Assembly (NCBI RefSeq): GCF_000014785.1
Contig: NC_008340.1
Coordinates: 930,001-962,000, forward strand
DNA: 32,000 nucleotides
Source of the DNA: Alkalilimnicola ehrlichii MLHE-1
GTDB taxonomy: Bacteria > Pseudomonadota > Gammaproteobacteria > Nitrococcales > Halorhodospiraceae
Direction of reading: 5' to 3'
Shown here piece after piece: positions 8,912 to 17,984 of this stretch (position 1 is the stretch's first letter; every line of letters starts with the position of its first letter). The translations under genes were made by a program, and so were the position numbers. The notes beneath the pieces are model-generated. The model saw only the letters and a program-made list of their open reading frames with translations, was not told the origin of the DNA and made no database searches.

Positions 8912-9778
8912 ATGCAGACCCCCCTGGTGGAACCTTTCTTCGACGACGATACCCACACCTATAGCTATGTGGTGCAGGACCCGGACAGCCGGCATTGTGC
9001 CGTTGTCGACAGCGTGCTGGACTACGATCCGGCCTCCGGGCGCACCAGCTATGCCGGTGCGGATCGCATCATCGCCTACGTCCGGGAGCACGGCCTGCAG
9101 GTGGACTGGATCCTGGAGACCCACGTGCATGCCGATCACCTGTCGGCGGCGCCCTATCTGCGCCAGGCCTTGGGCGGCCAGATGGGCATCGGCGAGAACA
9201 TCCGCATCGTGCAGGATGTCTTTGGCAAGCTGTTCAACGCCGGGCCGGACTTCCCGCGGGACGGCAGCCAGTTCGATCGGCTGTTCAGCGAGGGTGACAC
9301 CTTTTCCATTGGCGGCCTGGAGGGCCGGGTGTTGCACACCCCGGGCCATACCCCGGCCTGCCTGACCTACGTGATCGGCGACGCCGCCTTCGTCGGCGAC
9401 ACCATCTTTATGCCCGACTTCGGCACGGCGCGGTGCGACTTCCCGGGCGGGGACGCGCGGGCGCTGTACCGCTCCATCCAGAAGATCTTCGCGCTCCCGG
9501 ATGAGACGCGCCTGTTCATGTGCCACGACTACGGCGCCCCGGGCCGGGATGAGTACCAGTACATGACTACGGTGGGCGAGGAGCGCCGGCACAACGTGCA
9601 CGTGGGTGAGGGGATCAGCGAGGACGAGTTTGTGGCCATGCGCACGGCGCGGGACGCCGAGCTCGGCATGCCGCGGCTGATCCTGCCCTCGGTCCAGGTC
9701 AACATGCGCGCCGGTGAGATGCCGCCTGCGGAGGACAACGGGACGGTCTACCTGAAGATCCCGGTCAACAAGGTCTGA
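8912..9778 (+). CDS. MBL-fold metallo-hydrolase (glyoxalase II / persulfide-dioxygenase-like)
   Basis: 288 aa. Metallo-beta-lactamase metal-binding motif ETHVHADH, later HTPGHTP and CHDY. GGGAGGAG SD 7 nt upstream of the ATG. Substrate class cannot be assigned from sequence alone. Confidence 0.8.
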   Translation: MQTPLVEPFFDDDTHTYSYVVQDPDSRHCAVVDSVLDYDPASGRTSYAGADRIIAYVREHGLQVDWILETHVHADHLSAAPYLRQALGGQMGIGENIRIVQDVFGKLFNAGPDFPRDGSQFDRLFSEGDTFSIGGLEGRVLHTPGHTPACLTYVIGDAAFVGDTIFMPDFGTARCDFPGGDARALYRSIQKIFALPDETRLFMCHDYGAPGRDEYQYMTTVGEERRHNVHVGEGISEDEFVAMRTARDAELGMPRLILPSVQVNMRAGEMPPAEDNGTVYLKIPVNKV

Positions 9779-9899
9779 ACCGGGGCCGGTCTGCACTGCC
9801 GGTGGCGGACCGTCCGTCGTCGGCGGCCTCCGGCGGGCGGGTGGCGATGGTACACTGTGCGGTCATCCCAGCCGCTCAGACTCGTTACGGAGCCCTTGC

Positions 9900-10427
9900 G
9901 TGAGCAGTTTCACCGTCACCCGTCGCGTCGAGATCGACGCCGCCCACCGGATCCCCGACCACGGCTCGCGCTGCCGGCACCTGCACGGCCACCGCTATGT
10001 GGTCGAAGCGGCCTGCGGCAACCCCAGCCTGCAGGAGGCCGGCGAGGAGCGGGGCATGGTGCTGGACTTCGGCTTTCTCAAGGAGGAGATGCTGGCGGTC
10101 ATCGACGCGCCCTGTGACCACGGCCTGCTGTTGTCGGTGGATGATCACGTCATGCTGGCCCTGCTGGCCGGCGGCAGCGACCGGCCCGAGGCGTGGCTGG
10201 AGGGCTTACGTGAGCGGGTGGCCGGGCAGGGGTACGCCGAGGGCCGGGACCCGGCGCTGGGCGGCAAGCTCTACCTGGTGCCCGGGCCGCCCACCGCCGA
10301 GGTGCTGGCCCGGCACTGGTACGAGCGCCTGGCCCCCCGGGTCCATGCTCGCAGCCGCGGCAACGCGGCCTTGCTGGCCGTCACGGTCTGGGAGACCCCC
10401 AACTGCTGGGCGCGCTACCAGCCCTGA
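9900..10427 (+). CDS. queD: 6-carboxytetrahydropterin synthase / PTPS-family protein
   Basis: GTG start, 175 aa. The VEIDAAHRIPDHGSRCRHLHGHRY motif (A-A-H-R ... C-x3-H-G-H) is typical of QueD/PTPS. C-terminal VTVWETPNCWARY resembles the family end. It carries an internal insertion relative to the ~120 aa E. coli-type QueD. Confidence 0.65.
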   Translation: MSSFTVTRRVEIDAAHRIPDHGSRCRHLHGHRYVVEAACGNPSLQEAGEERGMVLDFGFLKEEMLAVIDAPCDHGLLLSVDDHVMLALLAGGSDRPEAWLEGLRERVAGQGYAEGRDPALGGKLYLVPGPPTAEVLARHWYERLAPRVHARSRGNAALLAVTVWETPNCWARYQP

Positions 10428-10437
10428 TGAACTCGGC

Positions 10438-13400
10438 TTATGCCAGCGGGGCCGGGGCGCCGAACAGGTAGCCCTGGTAGCGGTGGCAGCCGTGGGCGGC
10501 GAGCCGGGTACGCTGGGTCTCGGTCTCCACCCCTTCGGCGATGACGTGCAGGGACAGGCTCCGGGCCAGCCCGATGATGGAGCCGACAATGGCGTCCGCC
10601 GCCGGTGCCTGCTCCAGGGACTGGACGAAGGACTGGTCGATCTTCAGCTCATCCAGAGGCAGCCGTTGGAGATAGGCCAGGGAGGAAAACCCGGTGCCGA
10701 AGTCGTCCAGCGAGAAGTGCACGCCCAGGGCGCGCAGCCGCTCCATGGTCGCGCAGACCTGATCCGGCTCCTCCATCAGCAGGCTCTCAGTGACCTCCAG
10801 CTTCAGCCGCTCCGCCGGCGCGCCGGTGGTTTCCAGGGCCTCGCGGACGGCCGCCACCAGGTCGTCGTGGCGGAACTGCACACTGCTGATGTTGACCGAC
10901 AGCGTCAGCGCCCGGGTGGCCGGGTCCCGGGCCCAGGCAGCCAATTGCCGGGCGGCGGCCTGCAGCAGCCAGCGGCCCAGGGGGATGATCAGCCGGCTTT
11001 GCTCGGCGATGGGGATGAAAACGCCCGGCCCGATGGGCCCCTGCTCCGGGTGCGGCCAACGCAGCAGCGCCTCGTACCCCAGGATGTCACCGTCCGGCCC
11101 CACCTGGGGCTGGAAGTGCAGGGTCAGGCCGCCGTCATGGACCGCGCGCCGCAGGCCCCGCTCCAAGTGCACCCGGCGCAGCATGTCCGCCTGCATCAGC
11201 GGGTCGAAGAAGCAGATGGCGTTACGTCCGCTTTGCTTTGCCTGGTGCATGGCCTGTTCGGCCTCTTGAACGGCCACCTCCGGTTTGGTCTCGTGGTTGC
11301 GGAAGAGCGTGATCCCGATGCTTGCGTGCAAATGGATAGGTTCGCCATCCATCACCAGTGGCGCCTCAAGCTGTTTAATCAGTGCCTCTGCCGCCGCCTC
11401 CGCGCCGCGGGCGGCGGCCTGGGTCTCCTCCGCCAGGTCGGTGAGCAGGACCAGAAAGTCATCGGCGTTGAGCCGGGCGAGGGTGTCGCTCTCGCGGATC
11501 GAGTTGGACAGGCGGCCACTCAGGGCCTGTAGCAGCCGGTCCCCCGTGCCATGCCCATGGGCATCGTTCACCGCCTTGAAGTGATCCAGGTCCAGGTACA
11601 GCAGCGCGCCCTGGCGGCGGCTGCGGTGATTGCCGCGCAGGCAATGTGCCAGGCGTTCCAAGAGCAGCCGTCGGTTGGGCAGCCCGGTGAGCGTGTCGTA
11701 AAAAGCCAGCCGGTGGACCTGGCGCTCGGCCTCCTTGCGGTCGCTGATATCGTGCAGGGTCGCCACGTAGTGGGTGATCTCACCGCTGTCGTCCCGCACG
11801 GCGGTGATGGTCTGCCACTCGGGGAATATCTCGCCGTTCTTGCGGCGGTTCCAGATCTCCCCCTCCCAGCTCCCGTGCTCCCGCACCTGTGCCCACATCC
11901 GCTGGTAGAAGCGCTCGTCGTGTCGCCCGGAGCTGAGCAGGCGGGGCGTTTGGCCCAGTACCTCGGCCTGTTGGTAACCGGTGATCCGGCAAAAGGTGTC
12001 GTTCACCCGCTGGATGCGGCCTTCGGCATCGGTGATCATCATGCCCAGATGGGTTTCGAAGGCGGCCGCCGCGATCCGCAGTTCCGCCTCCGTGGTCCGT
12101 GCTTCGGTGATGTCGCGGACCTGGGCCAGCGCCCCAAGGTACTGGTTATCGGCACCGCGCACCGGGCGCACGACAGTGGTGAAGGTCCGTTCCGTCCCGC
12201 CGAGCGTCAGCGTGTAGTCATACTGCACCGGGTCCTCACCGGCGGCGAGCCGCGCCAGGGCGTCTTTCAGGGGGGTGCTGAGCGGCTCCGGTAACACCGT
12301 CCGAAAGTGCTTGCCAAGGGCCTGTTCCGCGGGGAGCAGCAGTTTTTCCGGCTCGTCGGCATGAATGTGGATGAACCGGCCCTCTCTGTCGAACATGAAC
12401 AGCAGATCCGGCATGGCGTCGACCAAGGCCCGCAGACGGGCCTCGCGGGACTGGAGCGCCTCCTGCGTCGCCTCCCGCCCGCGCACCTCGAGGCGCAGGG
12501 CGCGCTCCAGGCTCCGGCGGTGCAGGTAATGGGCCAGCAGTGCTGTCCCCAGCAGGGCGGCGAGGGCAACCCCCAGGCCCATGGCCCAGGCCCGCTGACG
12601 CCAACCGCCGAGGGCCACGTCAATCGCCTCGCCGGAGATGACCACGAAGGGGAGGGCATTGACCCGTCGGGCGGTGTAGATGCGTTCCACCCCATCCACC
12701 GGGGAGCGCATGCGGATCCGGGCGGTGGCATGCCCCTGCTCGAGGAAGGCTGTTAGCTCCGGGGTCTCGACGGGCGTGCTGACCGGCACGGAGGCGCCGT
12801 CGCTGTCACGGTCCGGGTAACGGGCGACTAGCTGCAGGTCTCTGTCCAGCACCGTGATGCTCTCACCTCGGGAGAGGGTGGTGCGATGCAGGGCCTCCGA
12901 GAAGATGGCCGGATCCAGTTGGATGGCCACCAGGTTGGCGGTCGGGTCCGGTGCCCGGGAGATGCGCCGGAGGTGCATCAGATAGTGCCGGTCATCCAGG
13001 GGTGATCGGTAGAGGGAGGTGATCAGCTCGTGCAGGGTGGGATCGGCGCGGAACGCCGAGAGAAAGGCCGTGTCGCCCAGGTCTGTGCCCCGGGCCATGT
13101 CCTCCCGGGTGCTATTGAGCACCGTCCCGTCGTGGCGGAGGATGGCCAGCTCATTGAGGATCGGCAGACTGTCCCGGCGCAGGCGTAGGAAGCCGTCCAG
13201 CGCTTCGTCGCCCAGGTGATAGGGGATCATACGCTCTGGCGTCTCAGGGGCCAGGATGTGGGCGATGCCCGCCAGGGTGTGCTCGCTGACCAGTAGGCTG
13301 CTGCGGACCCACTCCGCCACCATGTCCACCCGCGCCTGGGTCCGGTCCGCGGCCAGAGCGATATCGCGCTGGTATTGATCGTGCAGCAGCCAGACCACGA

Positions 13401-13509
13401 CCAGCAGCAGGGTGAGAACGGCGCCCAGGTACCAGCCGACAGCCCGGCGGCGGACCACCGGATAGGCAAGCTCTGCGGGGGGGTGATCGGTATCGCGATG
13501 GCCCGACAT
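10438..13509 (-). CDS. Membrane sensor, periplasmic (Cache-like?) domain-PAS-PAS-GGDEF(degenerate)-EAL, probable c-di-GMP phosphodiesterase
   Basis: 1023 aa. Two TM helices (WYLGAVLTLLLVVVWLL; WAMGLGVALAALLGTALLAHYL) bracket a ~260 aa periplasmic domain. Two PAS/PAC units follow (e.g. GEIWNRRKNGEIFPEWQTITAVRDDSGEITHYVATLHDISDRKEAE). The GGDEF domain motif reads NADDF. The EAL domain has EALLR, DDFGTGFSSLAYL, KIDQSF and EGVETE intact. Confidence 0.9.
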   Translation of the reverse strand: MSGHRDTDHPPAELAYPVVRRRAVGWYLGAVLTLLLVVVWLLHDQYQRDIALAADRTQARVDMVAEWVRSSLLVSEHTLAGIAHILAPETPERMIPYHLGDEALDGFLRLRRDSLPILNELAILRHDGTVLNSTREDMARGTDLGDTAFLSAFRADPTLHELITSLYRSPLDDRHYLMHLRRISRAPDPTANLVAIQLDPAIFSEALHRTTLSRGESITVLDRDLQLVARYPDRDSDGASVPVSTPVETPELTAFLEQGHATARIRMRSPVDGVERIYTARRVNALPFVVISGEAIDVALGGWRQRAWAMGLGVALAALLGTALLAHYLHRRSLERALRLEVRGREATQEALQSREARLRALVDAMPDLLFMFDREGRFIHIHADEPEKLLLPAEQALGKHFRTVLPEPLSTPLKDALARLAAGEDPVQYDYTLTLGGTERTFTTVVRPVRGADNQYLGALAQVRDITEARTTEAELRIAAAAFETHLGMMITDAEGRIQRVNDTFCRITGYQQAEVLGQTPRLLSSGRHDERFYQRMWAQVREHGSWEGEIWNRRKNGEIFPEWQTITAVRDDSGEITHYVATLHDISDRKEAERQVHRLAFYDTLTGLPNRRLLLERLAHCLRGNHRSRRQGALLYLDLDHFKAVNDAHGHGTGDRLLQALSGRLSNSIRESDTLARLNADDFLVLLTDLAEETQAAARGAEAAAEALIKQLEAPLVMDGEPIHLHASIGITLFRNHETKPEVAVQEAEQAMHQAKQSGRNAICFFDPLMQADMLRRVHLERGLRRAVHDGGLTLHFQPQVGPDGDILGYEALLRWPHPEQGPIGPGVFIPIAEQSRLIIPLGRWLLQAAARQLAAWARDPATRALTLSVNISSVQFRHDDLVAAVREALETTGAPAERLKLEVTESLLMEEPDQVCATMERLRALGVHFSLDDFGTGFSSLAYLQRLPLDELKIDQSFVQSLEQAPAADAIVGSIIGLARSLSLHVIAEGVETETQRTRLAAHGCHRYQGYLFGAPAPLA

Positions 13510-13593
13510 GGAATCCCCTGTTCAGTACGAGGGCGTAGTTTAGCAGGTGGGATCGGCTGCCGGCCGGATGCGTCCCGAGGCCGAGTGGCCCGT

Positions 13594-13630
13594 AACGAAA
13601 AGCGGCGGACCCGCTGCCGGATCCGCCGCT
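13594..13630 (-). terminator. Rho-independent terminator downstream of tRNA-Pro
   Basis: On the minus strand, AGCGGCGGATCCG-GCAG-CGGGTCCGCCGCT forms a 13-bp stem (one G-U) with a tetraloop, followed by TTTCGTT. Confidence 0.75.
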
Positions 13631-13639
13631 CTCTGATGC

Positions 13640-13716
13640 TGGTCGGGGTGACTGGATTCGAACCAGCGACTCCTGCCTCCCGAAGACAGTGCTCTACCAA
13701 GCTGAGCTACACCCCG
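13640..13716 (-). tRNA. tRNA-Pro (anticodon CGG)
   Basis: The 77-nt minus-strand sequence is CGGGGTG TA GCTC AGCTTGGTA GAGC A CTGTC TTCGGGA GGCAG GAGTC GCTGG TTCGAAT CCAGT CACCCCG ACCA. It folds as a full cloverleaf with a 7-bp acceptor stem, TTCGAAT T-loop, anticodon loop with CGG at 34-36 and G37, and encoded CCA. Confidence 0.93.
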
Positions 13717-13732
13717 ATGGTCTGCTTGCCGG

Positions 13733-14704
13733 CTAGAAGGTGCGGGCCACGCTGAAGCGGGCCAGCGCCTCTAGGGCTTGCTTCCACTCGGAATCGGGCA
13801 GGTGGGCCAGGCGATTCACGGCCTCTTCCGCTTCGTCCCGAGCGAGGCGCTGAGTATAAGGAATGGCACCGGTGTTTTCAATGGCCTGTTGCACGGCGGC
13901 AATGCGCGATATGCCCCCCTCGCTGATCGCCTCCCGGATGACCTGGCGCTCCTCGGCACTGCCGCGGGCCATGGCGTAGATCAGCGGCATGGTGGGCTTG
14001 CCTTCCGCCAGGTCGTCGCCGATGTTCTTACCGATCTCCTCCGCCTTGCCCGCGTAATCGAGGGCGTCGTCCACCAACTGGTAGGCGGTGCCCAGGTGCA
14101 GGCCGTAGGCGGCCAGGTGGTCGGTTTGCGCCTGCGGCAGCCCGGCAATGGTCCCGCCCAGGCAACAGGCGGCCTCAAACAACGAAGCGGTCTTGCGGTA
14201 AATGACGTCGCGGTAGCGGGCCTCGGAGACGTCCGGGTCGTGGCAGTTGAGCAGCTGCATCACCTCGCCCTCGGCGATGGTGTTGGTGGTGCGGGCCATC
14301 ACCTGCATGATCGGCAGCAGACCCACCTCCACCATCATCTCGAAGGCGCGGGTGTAGAGGAAGTCGCCCACCAGCACGGCGGCCTCGTTGCCCCAGATGC
14401 TGTTGGCGGTGTCCTGGCCGCGGCGGAGGGTGGATTCGTCGACCACATCGTCGTGCAGCAGGGTGGCGGTATGGATGAATTCGACCACCGCGGCCAGCTT
14501 GATATGGTGCTCGCCGCGGTAACCGGCCGCGCGGGCCGCCAGCAGCACCAGTAGCGGACGCAGGCGCTTGCCGCCGCTGTTGACGATGTAGTGGCCCATC
14601 TGGTCGATGAGCACGACTTCGGAACTCAGGCGCTCCTGGATCAGGCGGTTTACGGCGGCCATGTCGTCGGCTGCCAGATTCCGTATTGCGTCGATGTCCA
14701 TCAA
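13733..14704 (-). CDS. ispB: Octaprenyl diphosphate synthase
   Basis: 323 aa trans-prenyltransferase. First Asp-rich motif LLHDDVVDES, second YQLVDDALDY, and KRLRP near the N-terminus. Colinear with gammaproteobacterial IspB. Confidence 0.92.
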   Translation of the reverse strand: MMDIDAIRNLAADDMAAVNRLIQERLSSEVVLIDQMGHYIVNSGGKRLRPLLVLLAARAAGYRGEHHIKLAAVVEFIHTATLLHDDVVDESTLRRGQDTANSIWGNEAAVLVGDFLYTRAFEMMVEVGLLPIMQVMARTTNTIAEGEVMQLLNCHDPDVSEARYRDVIYRKTASLFEAACCLGGTIAGLPQAQTDHLAAYGLHLGTAYQLVDDALDYAGKAEEIGKNIGDDLAEGKPTMPLIYAMARGSAEERQVIREAISEGGISRIAAVQQAIENTGAIPYTQRLARDEAEEAVNRLAHLPDSEWKQALEALARFSVARTF

Positions 14705-14734
14705 GCGGCGGTTCCGAAAGGTGAATGGCCACGC

Positions 14735-14763
14735 ATGCTAGGGTGGTGTCGCGGGGGTGTCAA
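14735..14763 (-). promoter_or_regulatory. Candidate sigma70 promoter of ispB
   Basis: The minus strand reads TTGACA (14763-14758), a 17-nt spacer, then TAGCAT (14740-14735). This places a start site about 25 nt upstream of the ispB ATG. Confidence 0.4.
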
Positions 14764-14950
14764 GGCAGTTGACATCCGGGCCGCTGCCAGGGCCGTGGCC
14801 GGGCCAGGGATGAGCGCCGGACCGGCACTATTCTGATAAGGCCGTTACCGGCCCGTGTTGTTTCTTCAGGGGCCTCTTCTATGTTTAAGATTGTTATACA
14901 AGACTTTTAGGGTTTTTTCGCCCATCAATGTTTATGGGGGGCATTCAGGT

Positions 14951-15376
14951 ATGTATCACCGCATCATGGTCCCGGTGGACCTGGCCCACCTGGGGGCGCT
15001 GGAGCGCACCTTGCAGGTGTCTGCTGACATGGCGAAACACTTCGGCGCCGAGGTCTGTTACGTGAGTGTGACCCCAGGTACGCCGGGGCGGGTGGCCCGG
15101 TCGCCGGCGGAGTACGAGCAGAAGCTCAAGGCCTTCGCCGAAGAGCAGGGCAAGCGGCATGGCCGGCCGGTGAGCACCAAGGTGTATGTCAGCGCCGATC
15201 CGGTTGCCGACTTGGACGATCTGTTGGTCAAGGCGGTGGACGAGGTGGGCGTCGACCTGGTCATCATGGGCACGCACCTGCCGCGGAAACTCGATGTCAT
15301 CATGCCGTCCCACGGCGGCAAGGTGGCGCGGCAAACCGATGTGTCGGTGTTCCTGGTCCGTCCACCTCGCGGGTGA
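14951..15376 (+). CDS. Universal stress protein (UspA family)
   Basis: The ATG at 14951 gives 141 aa, MYHRIMVPVDLAH..., with the typical Usp start and the C-terminal DLVIMGTH...GGKVARQTDVSVFLVR ATP-binding-type motif. The track ORF start at 14855 adds 32 non-homologous codons in AT-rich DNA. Confidence 0.85.
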   Translation: MYHRIMVPVDLAHLGALERTLQVSADMAKHFGAEVCYVSVTPGTPGRVARSPAEYEQKLKAFAEEQGKRHGRPVSTKVYVSADPVADLDDLLVKAVDEVGVDLVIMGTHLPRKLDVIMPSHGGKVARQTDVSVFLVRPPRG

Positions 15377-15427
15377 ACCCCGCCACCGTACTGCACACTG
15401 CGTCGTCAGCAACACGGAGGCCTACCT

Positions 15428-17152
15428 GTGGCTAAAGATAATGAACCGCAACCGTCTGACAACCAGCAATCAATCACCAACTCCGGCGAGATGGCCTCTG
15501 TGGGCGTGCCTGCGCCCGAGGGGCCGGCCAACCTGATCGACACCGATTATGTCATTGGCCAGGACAACATCACCGGCCAGATCCGGCTCAACCTGGACAT
15601 TCACGGCAAGGTCTTTGCCATCTCCGCGCTGGTCACCGTGTTTTTTGTGGTCCTCACCCTGGCCCTGCAGGACGAGGTGGCGCCGCTGTTCGAGGCCACC
15701 CGTGTCTGGCTCACCAGTAATCTCGCTTGGTTCTTCCTGCTCGCCGGCAACATCTTTGTGCTGGTCTGTCTCGCCCTGATCTTCTCGCCACTGGGCCGGG
15801 TCCGTATCGGGGGGGCGGAGGCGACACCCGATTTCTCCTACCTCGGCTGGTTCTCCATGCTCTTCGCCGCGGGTATGGGCATAGGGCTGATGTTCTTCGC
15901 CGTCTCCGAGCCCATCAGTCACTTCGGCACTGCCATGGGCGGCATCGCCCTGGAGGACGGGGCTCGCACCGACTGGGCGCCGCTGGGGGCCGCCGAGGGG
16001 AATACCGAGGCGGCGATCCGGCTGGGGATGGCAGCGACCATCTTCCACTGGGGCCTGCACCCGTGGGCGATCTACGCCGTGGTGGCCCTGGCACTGGCCA
16101 TCTTCGCCTACAATAAGGGGCTGCCGCTGACCGTGCGCTCCATCTTCTACCCCCTGCTCGGTGAGCGCGTCTGGGGTTGGCCGGGGCACCTCATCGACAT
16201 GTTGGCGGTCTTTGCGACCCTGTTCGGCCTGGCCACCTCCCTGGGGCTGGGCGCACAGCAGGCCTCCGCAGGGCTCAGCCACCTGTTCGGAATCCCTGAG
16301 GGCAACCTGACCATGGTGCTGCTGATCCTGGGGATCACGGCCGTGGCCATCGTCTCGATCGTGGCGGGGGTGGACAAGGGCGTTAAGCGTCTCTCCGAGA
16401 TCAACATGTTCGTCGCGGGCCTGTTGATGTTCTTCGTCATCTTCGTCGGGCCGACACTCCTGATATTTACCGGGGTGTTCCAGAACCTGATGGCCTACCT
16501 GGTCAACCTGCCGGCGCTGTCCATGCCCTTCGGGCGCGAGGACAGCAACTTCACCGAGGGCTGGACGGCCTTCTACTGGGCCTGGTGGATCAGCTGGTCA
16601 CCCTTTGTCGGCATGTTCATCGCCCGCGTGAGCCGCGGTCGCTCGGTCCGTGAGTTCCTGATCGCGGTCCTGCTGGTGCCGTCCATGGTCTCCGTGCTTT
16701 GGATGACCGCCTTTGGTGCCACCGCCATCGATCAGGTGGTCAACCAGGGCTTTGAGGGCGTGCGCGAGGCGGCACTGGAACTCCAGCTCTTCGTCATGCT
16801 CGGCGAACTGCCGTTGGCGCAGATCACCTCGTTCGTGGGCATCTTGTTGGTGGTGGTCTTCTTCATTACCTCGTCCGATTCCGGTTCGCTGGTGATCGAC
16901 ACCATCACCTCCGGTGGCAAGGTGGATGCGCCCAAGCCGCAGCGGGTGTTCTGGGCCATCATCGAGGGGCTGATCGCCATCGCCCTGCTGATCGGTGGCG
17001 GGCTGGCGGCCCTGCAGGCCATGGCCATCTCCACCGGTCTGCCCTTCACGCTGGTCCTGCTGGTGGGCTGCTATGCCATCTTCAAGGGCCTGATGTCCGA
17101 GCCCCGGGGTCTCCCGGAGCCGGAGGAGGGGCAGAAGGAGCCCAGCCGGTAA
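15428..17152 (+). CDS. BCCT-family betaine/carnitine/choline transporter
   Basis: 574 aa, about 12 TM helices. The hallmark BCCT segment is WTAFYWAWWISWSPFVGMFIARVSRGRSVREF. GTG start with GGAGG 7 nt upstream. Confidence 0.9.
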   Translation: MAKDNEPQPSDNQQSITNSGEMASVGVPAPEGPANLIDTDYVIGQDNITGQIRLNLDIHGKVFAISALVTVFFVVLTLALQDEVAPLFEATRVWLTSNLAWFFLLAGNIFVLVCLALIFSPLGRVRIGGAEATPDFSYLGWFSMLFAAGMGIGLMFFAVSEPISHFGTAMGGIALEDGARTDWAPLGAAEGNTEAAIRLGMAATIFHWGLHPWAIYAVVALALAIFAYNKGLPLTVRSIFYPLLGERVWGWPGHLIDMLAVFATLFGLATSLGLGAQQASAGLSHLFGIPEGNLTMVLLILGITAVAIVSIVAGVDKGVKRLSEINMFVAGLLMFFVIFVGPTLLIFTGVFQNLMAYLVNLPALSMPFGREDSNFTEGWTAFYWAWWISWSPFVGMFIARVSRGRSVREFLIAVLLVPSMVSVLWMTAFGATAIDQVVNQGFEGVREAALELQLFVMLGELPLAQITSFVGILLVVVFFITSSDSGSLVIDTITSGGKVDAPKPQRVFWAIIEGLIAIALLIGGGLAALQAMAISTGLPFTLVLLVGCYAIFKGLMSEPRGLPEPEEGQKEPSR

Positions 17153-17186
17153 ACGGGCTGGGGCCTGCTTGCAGGCCTGTCTGTCA

Positions 17187-17220
17187 GGGGCGGCCCGCCA
17201 CCGGCGGGTCGCCCCTTTTT
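17187..17220 (+). terminator. Rho-independent terminator after the BCCT gene
   Basis: GGGGCGGCCCGCC-ACC-GGCGGGTCGCCCC has 13 nt arms (one G-U; the innermost pairs must open to form the loop), followed by TTTTT. It lies between convergent genes. Confidence 0.75.
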
Positions 17221-17248
17221 AATGAGCGAGGGGCGGCCATAGGGCCTG

Positions 17249-17971
17249 TCAGCACCAGAGCTGGCCGAGCGACGTCTCCGGCGAGTAGAGCCGGCCGACC
17301 TGTGCCTGAAACAGCTCGGCCGTGGCCAGGGCGTCGTTCACCGCATGGTGCGAGTGGTAGGCCGGTAGGCCGTAGCGCAGGCGGCTGTCGTGCAGCCGGA
17401 TAGGCACCGGATTCTGGCCGAGGAACCGTTTCAGCCGCGACCAGCCCGACTGCCGGTGCCGTCGCGCCTCCAGCTCCATGGTGTCGATCACCGGGAACAG
17501 GAGGCCCTCGCCCACGCGGGCGCGCACGGCTGTGTCCAGAAAGGGGCGTTCAATATTGCGGTAGTGGACCACCGGCTGTCGACCGGCCAAGGCCTCCAGC
17601 AGCTCATCCAACACCTCCGAAAGATCGGGTGCGTTGGCCAGGTCCGAGTGGGTGATGCCGTGCAGGGTGATGGATTCGCTGAGCAGCGGGCGGGGTGGCT
17701 GCAGCAACCAGTGGCGGCGGTCGGGTAGCCGGATGCGCTGCAGGTCGAAGGGCACCAAGCCAATACTGACGATGGCATGGCGGTCCGGATCGAGACCGGT
17801 GGTCTCCATGTCCAGCGCCACCAGGGGGGCCTCGCCGATTGGCGTATTCGGCGTCAGGTCCCAGCCCTGAAAGTAGCGTTGCAGCCGCGGATCGCGGGCC
17901 TGTCTGGCTCGATCGGCCAAGTAGGCTGGCCACTGTGTGGCCGGGGTGGTGTTTCGTCGCCAAGAGAGCAT
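17249..17971 (-). CDS. DnaQ-like (DEDDh) 3'-5' exonuclease
   Basis: 240 aa from the ATG at 17971. ExoI is LVALDMETTGLD, ExoII HWLLQP...ITLHGIT region, and ExoIII HHAVNDALATAELF. The start at 17971 leaves 13 nt after the upstream stop. The track start at 18025 would overlap the upstream gene by 41 nt. Confidence 0.8.
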   Translation of the reverse strand: MLSWRRNTTPATQWPAYLADRARQARDPRLQRYFQGWDLTPNTPIGEAPLVALDMETTGLDPDRHAIVSIGLVPFDLQRIRLPDRRHWLLQPPRPLLSESITLHGITHSDLANAPDLSEVLDELLEALAGRQPVVHYRNIERPFLDTAVRARVGEGLLFPVIDTMELEARRHRQSGWSRLKRFLGQNPVPIRLHDSRLRYGLPAYHSHHAVNDALATAELFQAQVGRLYSPETSLGQLWC

Positions 17972-17984
17972 ACGGCGGCCTGGA

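Noticed and set aside
8087-9796. 569-aa ORF on the - strand
   Set aside because: It runs antisense through the peroxiredoxin gene, its terminator and the MBL hydrolase gene. There are no motifs and the composition is Arg/Gly/Val/His-rich, while the + strand genes have clear family signatures and SD sequences.
9997-11532. 511-aa ORF on the + strand
   Set aside because: It is out of frame within the queD-like gene and then antisense to the EAL/GGDEF region. It has no recognisable domain and is a high-GC artefact.
13640-13716. tRNA-Pro as an integration site for a genomic island
   Set aside because: I found no duplicated copy of the tRNA 3' half elsewhere in the window and no adjacent integrase. 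The flanking genes (ispB, the GGDEF-EAL sensor) look native.
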